From Trichoplax sp. H2 (Eukaryota): a stretch of DNA of 20,000 nt. Location of the stretch: assembly GCA_003344405.1 (NCBI GenBank), contig NOWV01000146.1:171667-191666 (forward strand). The letters are read 5' to 3'. The notes beneath the pieces are model-generated. The model made no database searches. It saw nothing but the letters and a program-made list of their open reading frames with translations, and was not told the origin of the DNA. The position numbers were made by a program, and so were the translations under genes. Position 1 is the stretch's first letter. The number at the start of each line of letters is the position of its first letter. Shown in pieces: positions 12,611 through 20,000 of the stretch.

Positions 12611-12859
12611 CTGGATATCAGGACCATTATCATCGGGATTTCTGTAGAACAGCAAACACCACATATGTGTAGAATATCTTAAGCTAGACAACATTTCTTT
12701 TAAAAGTTGGTTTCTTCATCAAGTATGTGAGTTTACTAGAGCTGAGATATCTACAAAGTATTCTTATTACTCAATTTAACGGATAGGCGATGATTAAATA
12801 ATATTCTTTACAAGTCCAAATTGCTAACTCCTATGTTTAAAGCTCACTCTACATTATTT

Positions 12860-13810
12860 AATGTATAGAGACTCGCGAAAGTCTGTTGAGACCGGCTTCC
12901 TCATATGCGAGAAATTCTCCTTGATAATATATCCTATTTAGTTTTCCTCAGCTATTTTTAAATCTTTCTGTTGTTAATATACAATCAATCTCGTGTATTT
13001 AGCCATGAGGATTAGCTCTTTTGCAGAAGTCAGTTCCTTTCTCGATCTAGATTAAATCATTGTAGAGAGACTCGCAAAAGCGTGATTGAGCAAAGAACCC
13101 TGAGATAGTTGACTCTATTTCATGTACGGTCTTCTTGACCTTACTGCTGTAGTATAAATTAAGCCTTATTAATATTGGTAGTAATCCCTTCTAATAAGTA
13201 AAAATTTTAAATGTTTTGACGTTATACGAAGCCTGTATTTGATGAAATATCAATTTACTGCAATTATCCATGAGCTAACTTCGCTGTGTAAGACTACTTA
13301 CAGACCAATTTCTTTCTTGATCAAAATTAATCCATGTACAGAGACTTCCAAAAGTACAATTTGATCAAGAAATTATAAGGTACGAGAAAATGCATGACTG
13401 AGAAATTCCTCTTGGCGATATACGTATTCTATACGGTCTTATTGATATTATTACTGTAGTAAGTCAAGATTTTTTAAACATCATGTTGTGATGCATAGAC
13501 AGAGTTAAGGAAATATCAAGTTAATGTAATTGCCCACGAGCTGGCTTTTCTTTGTAAGACCCTTTGTATAAGACCAGTTGCTCTCTTAACATCTTGCTGC
13601 TAGTCATAGACAGAAATCAATGAAATATCTAGTGCAAATTAGTGCACATTATTCATGAGCTAGCTTCTCTGTAAAAATCTTTTACAGGCTCATTTCTCTC
13701 AATCCAAAGTAATCAGTATAAACAAACTTTCAAAAGTGCGATTTGACCAAAGAAACTTAAGGTACAAGGAATGCCTCCATGACAGTGTATAATCAGTTCC
13801 GTCTTATTGG
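12860..13810. repeat. Diverged repeat cluster, 4-5 partial copies
   Basis: gta.agagact..caaaag-like motif near 12862, 13061, 13335 and 13716; ca(t/c)gagct near 13269, 13536 and 13654. Confidence 0.75.
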
Positions 13811-14291
13811 AAAGTAACTATTTCGTTTAGTAATGATTAATCATAATCCATTCTAGTAAGTAAAGATCGCTAACATCATGTTGTTATACGTAGATTGCAT
13901 TTCACGAGCTTTGCAAAGTCTAGTAATCAAGCAGTCTAAGTAATGCCTGCTCTTTTTGTGAATTGTATCAGAAAGAACGTCCAAGGAGTACAAGTAGAAT
14001 CGATTTACTTGTCGATTTCCATTAGAAAGGCACATACTTACGGAGCACTACTCGATCTCATAAAGTGTTCAGTTGACATGTTCTAAAAGTATTATCATAT
14101 AAGAAATGAACTGTGATCAACTAAACTACAGTACAACAAGGTTATATTTGCTCCGTTTTCAATGTGCTGCCACGTTATGATTAAACAAGGTAAAGTGACT
14201 TTTCATGATATTTCTAGTCCATTTCAGTAACTATGAGTGTAATAAAAGCATTCTTAATTAAGTATCCATTTTTTCAATGCCAACCCTAACC

Positions 14292-14630
14292 TTAACTTTT
14301 ACTTATACTGTGGTTTTAGCCTTTTTTGTATGACATATCTCGGCTTGTAGCAGATACCCATCAAAACTGCCAATTTACTGCTCCATCTTGGCTATGCAAT
14401 TCTTCACACGGAGTCAATAGAAATATGCTTTCTTGAGTTTATTGTAATTAATTACGTGTCACTATAAGTAGTAGTAAGAGTTTTAACTTTTACTTATTCT
14501 AGGCCGTTAGCGTTTTTCCGTACAACATATTGCAGCTTGTAGCTGATACCGATTAAAAAACTGTCAATTTACTGCTAAATCGTAGTTATGTAATTTTTCA
14601 CATGCACTCCATCAAAACATGCTTTCTTAA
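14292..14630. repeat. Diverged direct repeat, period about 191 bp, 2 copies
   Basis: ttaacttttacttat at 14292 and 14483; gcttgtagc.gatacc and caatttactgct in both copies. Confidence 0.88.
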
Positions 14631-14746
14631 TGCTTTCATAGATTACTGGTCAAAAATCGAGTCATTCTACTATTTACTCAATTGTAATATTGCATAGCAA
14701 CTCGAGAAGAAAATATTGCACAACAGGAATACGAGTAAACACTTCT

Positions 14747-14752
14747 TTTATT
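14747..14752 (-). promoter_or_regulatory. Candidate polyadenylation signal of gene B
   Basis: First AATAAA I found on the minus strand downstream of the stop (about 450 nt); weak evidence in AT-rich DNA. Confidence 0.3.
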
Positions 14753-15202
14753 TCATTGGTAATTCTTATATGATCTTATTTCGCTAGAGAGCTAATACGT
14801 AGACGCCTAGTTCAATACATTCACATAGTTTATGGCATCAATTTGTATAACTTGATTATCGTTATTTTCTTCCACTACTATACTTATTGGCATCTGTATG
14901 GTTGCTTTCGCTTAAATAATGACTATAGATCATGACTATATCATTTAAATTTATGTATTACGATTGATAGATTAAGGCTAAAGTATCTACGGAAGATGGA
15001 TAGTTGAGAATAACGTATAAACAACATGACTACCTCAACGATAGACAACTGCAGTAGTAAAGCATGTAGCCAATACGAGATAAAGCTATAGCATTATTAT
15101 CCACACTTGGTCAATCTAACTGGAGATTTTGTTACACATTTGAATTACCATTAACCGTTCAATGGGAAAGGAGGATGTTGGATAATCCTTCGGTTGAGAC
15201 TT

Positions 15203-15337
15203 TCAAGCCATTTTTTCCGATCGACTAGATAAATCACCAAGGAAAATTTTCTTAAATGGGTTAGAGTTAGGTATGTAAGATAGCCTTTTCTGACCTCTTT
15301 TAAAAGGGATAAATCCTTGCTTTTCTGTATCTCTCTG
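15203..15337 (-). CDS. Gene B terminal coding exon (Q)RDTEKQGFIPF-KR-GQ-KR-LSYIPNSNPF-KK-IFLGDLSSRSEKMA*
   Basis: Pyrimidine-rich tract, tandem TAG/CAG acceptor, three dibasic sites, TGA at 15205-15203. Confidence 0.8.
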   Translation of the reverse strand, partial: QRDTEKQGFIPFKRGQKRLSYIPNSNPFKKIFLGDLSSRSEKMA

Positions 15338-18300
15338 CTACAGTGAGGATAAAATAAAGCCATGTTTACATTAAGTAAGCTAGGATTAGCATTTTTGTAA
15401 TGAACTTAAAAATACTGAAGATTTCATCGAATAACTTCTCTATAATATATACCATTCATCTGTAACTAGGTATCACTTATTTATTATCGACATGAGACTT
15501 ACTGAAAACCAAGATACTACATTCTTTGCTTCCGATTTCTCACTATCATCATCTTGCTATCAATAATAATGCATGAAGAAAGAAATTGGTTAACATTAAT
15601 GGCAATCGATCATGATTTTGATACCTATGCTAATTATTCTCTACTATTACAAATTTACAATTAGCAGTTTGCATTAACCATTTTTAACCAGATGTGTACG
15701 AATCGATCAAAAAATGGCAATAACAGTTAATTACGTGATCACAACTCGGGGCTAGGGTTCCTAATTCTAGCTTGTTATTAGTCCATTTTACAAATTTTCT
15801 AGAACAAATTTAAGGTAACTAATGAATCGCTTCAATTTGGGTCTATAAATCCTTGTTTCTACGATGGTTGATGCCAGAAAAGTACAGTAAGAGGTCTACA
15901 GAATTTGCTAATATATGAGTAAACGTAAGTACGATATCGTCAACATTTTTATTAATGCAGATCAAATATATTTGTAATAGATGATTTTCTCTCTTATTAA
16001 ATACAAGAAAGGGTTTTTTCAAAATGCGATGATAACCTCTCCTAAATATTGAAAGTGGTAATATTCCTATCAATCAGTCTTTTTCTCCTACATAGTTACT
16101 TCTTGGAACAACTAGTATATACTATGGAGTATGCCGAATCTTTTAAATATTACTTTACGCCAGATTAATTCAATCTTTTTTAGTCTAAATTATTCCTTCA
16201 ATTTCTAGTATACAAATAAGCTAAAGCACTACTGTACGTATATTCGCATAATTAATAACTCTTTATAACAGATTAAATAGGTTTTAAATTCTTTGCTCTT
16301 TCGTTAAGTACATTAATTGGTCTTTCAAAATCCGATCATAGCCTATCCTAATATTTAAGAGTTTAATATTCCTACAAATCAGTATTGTTCTTCTATAATA
16401 GTTGATCCTTAAAATAGCTAGTTTAAACAAAAAGGACTATGTTGCATCGATTGAACATTCCCTTACAGGAGATAAAATCTGTTACAATCTATCATTTACC
16501 CTTTACTTAAATAGAATCTTACGAGTATCGAAATCAGATAATAGCCTATTCTAAATATTTAACCTTTGTTAATAAGTTTACAAAATTGCTACTTGAGTAT
16601 CACAGAACTGTTAGTATAAGCTATAAACTATGAATTCAATATTTTTTGTGGAAATGAAATCGATCATTTACCCTTTTCTTAAATAGAATCATTGGAATTT
16701 CAGAATCAGATGATGGGCCATCCTAAATATTTAACATTTCGACATATCTGATAAGCGTTTCTCATCAATTATAACGATTCTATAAATTTCTATACTGCAC
16801 TGCAGTATGGCTAATATAAACTAAAAACAGTATGTTGAACATTATCTACTGGAAAGGGAGTTTATATAACCTATCATTTACCCTCTTCCATATAATAATC
16901 GGGCGTTTAGAATCAGCTGATAGGCTATCCTAAATATTTAATATTTCGATATACCACATAAGTTTTTCTCAGCAATCATAACAAGCCTACTAAATTCCTA
17001 CACTAAACCACAGAACGGCAAATATAGAGTAAGAATTATGTATTGAATATTTTCCATCAGAGACTAATCTTTTATAGCCTATCATTTATCCTCTTCTTAA
17101 ATAGGATCATTGGAGTTTTAGAATCAGATGATAGGCTATTCTAAATGTTTAATATTTTGACATGCCTGATGAGCATTTCTTACTAATCATTAACCGCAGA
17201 ACGGCTAATATACTCTTAAACTAAGAACTAAGTAGTAAATATTTTCTATTTGGAGGCTAAATCTTTAATATCCTATCATTTGCTCTATTTTTGAATAGAT
17301 TAATTGAAGTTTTACAATCGGATGATAGCTTATCGTAAATATTTAGGGTTTTGGCATACCGGGTGAGTATTTCTATAAGATCATGTTAAGCCTACGCAAC
17401 TACTACACTAGTATAAAGTGAAAGGCTGTATTTTAGTTTATTGAGAGATCAGATGGCTACTATTTTATACTTGAGTATTTTCCTAAAGTAAACGAATGGG
17501 TTATTAAATTTCGATAATGATTCTATCCTTTAATATCATAAAACTTTGATATGCCATACTATCTCGGTATCCCTTTCTTAGCCTATTTTTTACTAATTAA
17601 AAATTAATTATATACAGAGGTGATAATCATACACGTAAGCGTTTTCGGCAATAAGATTTGTCGGTAGGCTCGAAACGGTTCGTAAAATCATATGATAAAT
17701 TTATAAAACATCTAACTAGTTTAGGAGTTGCTGTAATGAAATTATTAATTTAAATCGTAATGATTTAACTCCTTATCTTAATTTAAAAATAGCCTTGTAA
17801 TACGGGATAGTACACTTTGAATACAGATAGCATTGACGGGACTTATTTTCAAATGCATCATCAGATAATGTAGACCCTATTGCGTGATTTACCTCTTTCT
17901 TGAATAAGGGAGTGTCAGCTTTCTCCGAGAGTTCACCATCTTGATCCTGCGATTTTCGACAAAAATAAAGCTATGTTATTGATGCGAAGCAGTTTTATAA
18001 TCATACTTGGTCAACAAATTGCGATTCTGCGTAAAATGTTATTTCAGTTAATCTGGTTCTCGGTACACAACTTACCTCTTTTTTAAATAAGGGATTGCCA
18101 TAAAGTATAGAATTTCCGTTTTGAGCCTTTTATTAAAGTTTTATGATCATACTTGGTCAACAAATTGCGATTCTGCGTAAAGTGTTATTTCAGTTAATCT
18201 GGTTCTCGGTACACAACTTACCTCTTTTTTAAATAAGGGATTGCCGTAAAGTATAGAATTTCCGTTTTGAGCCTTTTATTAAAGTTTTATGATCATACTT

Positions 18301-19620
18301 GGTCAACAAATTGCGATTCTGCGTAAAATGTTATTTCAGTTAATCTGGTTCTCGGTACACAATTTACCTCTTTTTTAAATAAGGGATGGCCAATATTTGA
18401 GGGATTTTCACTTCGAGCCTTTTAATAATATATTCAAAAGATAGCTATGTCAGCCGTGTAAAATCCTTTATAAAAATTGTTGACTAAATCTTTAAAATGT
18501 AATTTCCTTTTAAAATATAATTACAGAATAATTAAAGCTACTTCTTTCTTAAATAAGAGATTGCCTATTAGTGGGTTATATTTATCCTTTATGAAGATAA
18601 TGATAAAATCGCAATAGAAATTAACTATATAGTAAAGGAGGAATGTCTACAATCGCTCTTGATATTGTAGATATTCAGGCAATATAGTATGTGACATCGT
18701 ACAATGTACGAATGAAGTTATGGCGTACTGGGAAATAAACACGTTTAAATATGATTCGCTATTATCACTGCTATCTTCCAAGTACTGCATTTGCAAGTAG
18801 CTTCATAAGATAGTTTAACAATGCATTCAATTGCAACAGTGTATAGCTCGTGAAATGAATTAAAATAAATGCTTTGAGTAATCAACATCTTTGCGTGTAT
18901 TCAATAAAAACTGCCATTAATCTATTTTATATCCACTTATTATTTATATACTATAACATTAATAAGAAATAGCGTTATGATTCGCTAATAAAAGCAGTAA
19001 AATTTCTATCAAGGTTATTGTTAACTTATATCTTTTCTGAACAAAGCATGCCCTATTTGAGAATCCTATCCATTTGCATTAAGGGTGTAGATAACTTATA
19101 CATTTTAAATAACCCTAAGATACTATACAATTTAGCCGTTAGCATACACAGTACTGTACAGTTGCTATCGAATTTATAGTTAACTTACATCTTTTCTGAA
19201 CAAAGGATACCCATCTTGAGAATCCTACATAAGAGATAACACAATCGTCACTATATGTATATTCTGTTAATTATAATATCGTTAACTATGGAAACTGTTT
19301 AACTATCAGCTCGTATACAATTGCATTAAAGGTGTAGATAACTTATGCTTTTTAAGTAACCCTTAGATACTATACAATTTAGCCGTTAGTATACACAGTA
19401 CAGTTGCTATCAAATTTATAGTTAACTTACATCTTTTCTGAACAAAGCATGTCCTGGTTGAGAATCCTATACAATTACATTAAGGGTGTAGTTAACTTAT
19501 GTTTTTTAAGTAACCCTTAAATGCTATACAATTCAGCCGTTAGCATACACAGTACAGTTACTATCGAATTTATAGTTAACTTACGTCTTTTCTGAACAAA
19601 GCATACCCATCTTGAGAATC
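15203..19620 (-). CDS. Gene B: second LF-type neuropeptide precursor built from one-peptide micro-exons, 5'-partial (about 215 aa in window)
   Basis: Eleven phase-0 AG/GT-bounded micro-exons plus a terminal exon join to DSQDGYALFRKD|DSQPGHALFRKD|DSQDGYPLFRKD|DKYNPLIGNLLFKKE|ARSENPSNIGHPLFKKE|AQNGNSILYGNPLFKKE|AQNGNSILYGNPLFKKE|DQDGELSEKADTPLFKKE|DSLSADSKRPIIIWKR|DGPSSDSEIPMILFKKR|QDDDSEKSEAKNVVSWFS|QRDTEKQGFIPFKRGQKRLSYIPNSNPFKKIFLGDLSSRSEKMA*. Synonymous variation occurs in the LFKKE codons. No signal-peptide exon found in the window. Confidence 0.85.
15503..15556 (-). CDS. Gene B micro-exon QDDDSEKSEAKNVVSWFS
   Basis: ttgatag|54 nt|gtaagt; SWF motif shared with gene A peptides. Confidence 0.8.
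16672..16722 (-). CDS. Gene B micro-exon DGPSSDSEIPMILFKKR
   Basis: atttag|51 nt|gtaaat. Confidence 0.8.
16882..16929 (-). CDS. Gene B micro-exon DSLSADSKRPIIIWKR
   Basis: atttag|48 nt|gtaaat. Confidence 0.75.
17893..17946 (-). CDS. Gene B micro-exon DQDGELSEKADTPLFKKE
   Basis: atcgcag|54 nt|gtaaat. Confidence 0.8.
18076..18126 (-). CDS. Gene B micro-exon AQNGNSILYGNPLFKKE (copy 2)
   Basis: ataaaag|51 nt|gtaagt; differs from copy 1 by one synonymous TAC/TAT change. Confidence 0.75.
18222..18272 (-). CDS. Gene B micro-exon AQNGNSILYGNPLFKKE (copy 1)
   Basis: ataaaag|51 nt|gtaagt. Confidence 0.75.
18368..18418 (-). CDS. Gene B micro-exon ARSENPSNIGHPLFKKE
   Basis: ttaaaag|51 nt|gtaaat. Confidence 0.75.
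18542..18586 (-). CDS. Gene B micro-exon DKYNPLIGNLLFKKE (weaker splice sites)
   Basis: cataaag|45 nt|gtagct; open and phase 0, but AAG acceptor and weak donor. Confidence 0.55.
19030..19065 (-). pseudogene. Dead micro-exon DSQIGHALFRKD
   Basis: Intact acceptor and frame; donor is ATAAGT instead of GTAAGT. Confidence 0.7.
19189..19224 (-). CDS. Gene B micro-exon DSQDGYPLFRKD
   Basis: tatgtag|36 nt|gtaagt. Confidence 0.85.
19431..19466 (-). CDS. Gene B micro-exon DSQPGHALFRKD
   Basis: tgtatag|36 nt|gtaagt. Confidence 0.85.
19585..19620 (-). CDS. Gene B micro-exon DSQDGYALFRKD
   Basis: tatgtag|36 nt|gtaagt. Confidence 0.85.
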
Positions 19621-19793
19621 CTACATAGCAGATAACACAATTATCACTGTATATATATATATACATTTTTTTTCGATTAATTATAATATTGTTAACTACG
19701 GAAATTGTTTAACTATCAGCTGGTGTACAATTGCATTAAGAGCGTAGATAACTTATATTTTTTAAATAGCTATCAAATTTGTAATCAACTTAT

Positions 19794-19828
19794 ATTTTTC
19801 GGAACAAAGCATTCCCTATTTGAGAATC
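19794..19828 (-). pseudogene. Dead micro-exon DSQIGNALFRK
   Basis: 35 nt (1-nt deletion) and ATAAGT donor. Confidence 0.7.
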
Positions 19829-20000
19829 CTACATAGGAGATAACACAATTATCACCTTATATGTTTTTCATTAATTATTTAAATGTATTAGCTAATTTAG
19901 GATGAAAAAAGTTACTGGATAAAGGGAATTGCTACTTTATAAGGATAGTCCATGATTTGATAAATTATACACCGTAAGGCAATATCAAAGCCATGATCAC

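Larger units (their letters stand above)
2300..14200 (+). pseudogene. Heavily decayed receptor-like gene: tandem F5/8 type C (discoidin) domains, EGF-like repeats, TM segment, PTP-like fragments
   Basis: Co-oriented motif remnants broken by stops and frameshifts: NSANYLQL (~2749), KIFP*NT (5005-5025), IIVDL (~5588), IFTARY...YALIVLILSC (5875-5958), CAKNAFGI (6148), VYVFGC (7586-7603), TLARL (~7729), VIVNL...DWIK/SFILQ (~8371-8460), SIVSHR (~8573), LDVYGC (10075-10092); CGYQC...C...DDLLPC (~10117-10206); TILFFIVVI (~10668-10695); RRLHFTSF...YGALLDLI...VDMF...HIR...TKLQY (~13897-14135). By-eye matches only; boundaries approximate. Confidence 0.5.
15990..17334 (-). pseudogene. Dead copies of the ~51-nt peptide exon within gene B introns
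   Basis: 17334-17284 DKLSSDCKTSINLFKNR (acceptor AC, donor GC); 17140-17090 NSLSSDSKTPMILFKKR (donor AT); 16550-16500 NRLLSDFDTRKILFK*R (stop); 16347-16297 DRL*SDFERPINVLNER (stop, donor GC); 16041-15990 ERLSSHFEK/PFLVFNKR (+1 nt, donor GA). Confidence 0.75.
16290..17550. repeat. Degenerate ~170-210 bp tandem array (exon+intron units of gene B)
   Basis: atcatttaccc...aatcagatgataggctatcctaaatattt recurs near 16490, 16662, 16872, 17080 and 17273, with partial copies near 16330 and 17510. Confidence 0.9.
17991..18425. repeat. 146-bp near-perfect tandem repeat, about 3 copies (51-nt exon + 95-nt intron)
   Basis: tcatacttggtcaac at 18001, 18147 and 18293. Confidence 0.95.
19005..19860. repeat. 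Complex tandem array of 36-nt exon + intron units
   Basis: aactta(c/t)atcttttctgaacaaag...tgagaatccta occurs 5 times; sub-blocks ggtgtagataacttat... and gagataacacaat... are shared in alternating patterns. Confidence 0.92.

Noticed and set aside
13300-13365. MAM-domain-like NCTFGSLCTWINFDQERNWS on the minus strand
   Set aside because: Cys and Trp residues are not conserved in the sister repeat copies, and a stop lies immediately upstream.
15151-15363. 70-aa minus ORF MALFYPHCS...
   Set aside because: Wrong frame; it overlaps the true terminal exon of gene B, which reads in another frame.
17088-17336. AT-AC (U12) introns suggested by AT donors and an AC acceptor
   Set aside because: Donors are ATAAAT/ATAAGT, not ATATCCTT; simple decay of GT/AG sites explains them.
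19973-20000. VIMALILPY at the window edge as the end of gene B's signal exon
   Set aside because: Truncated by the window, weak donor (GTGTAT) and phase not matching the phase-0 micro-exons; cannot be supported.

Overview
AT-rich eukaryotic genomic DNA with spliceosomal introns, most likely a placozoan (Trichoplax-like), judging from the peptide sequences. Manual splicing reveals two linked minus-strand neuropeptide (prohormone) genes that the ORF track largely misses. Gene A (4444-3427; two coding exons, 269 aa) has a signal peptide and about a dozen Q...SLF(NE)/SWF peptides separated by R/KR/KKR sites; three identical copies come from a 33-bp repeat within one exon. Gene B (at least 19620 to 15203; 5' end not found, probably beyond the window) is hidden in what look like non-coding tandem repeats. 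Each repeat unit is an intron plus a 36-54 nt phase-0 micro-exon encoding one ...LF-RK/KK(R) peptide, and the intact exons are interspersed with several dead copies. The plus strand from about 2.3 to 14.2 kb appears to carry a heavily decayed gene (discoidin/F5-8C array, EGF, TM, PTP-like), with gene A nested antisense inside it. The first 2.1 kb holds two ~180-200 bp tandem arrays, a possible Tc1-like transposase relic and TACAGTA/TACTGTA footprint-like indels. All domain and family calls are by eye and memory; no searches were run.
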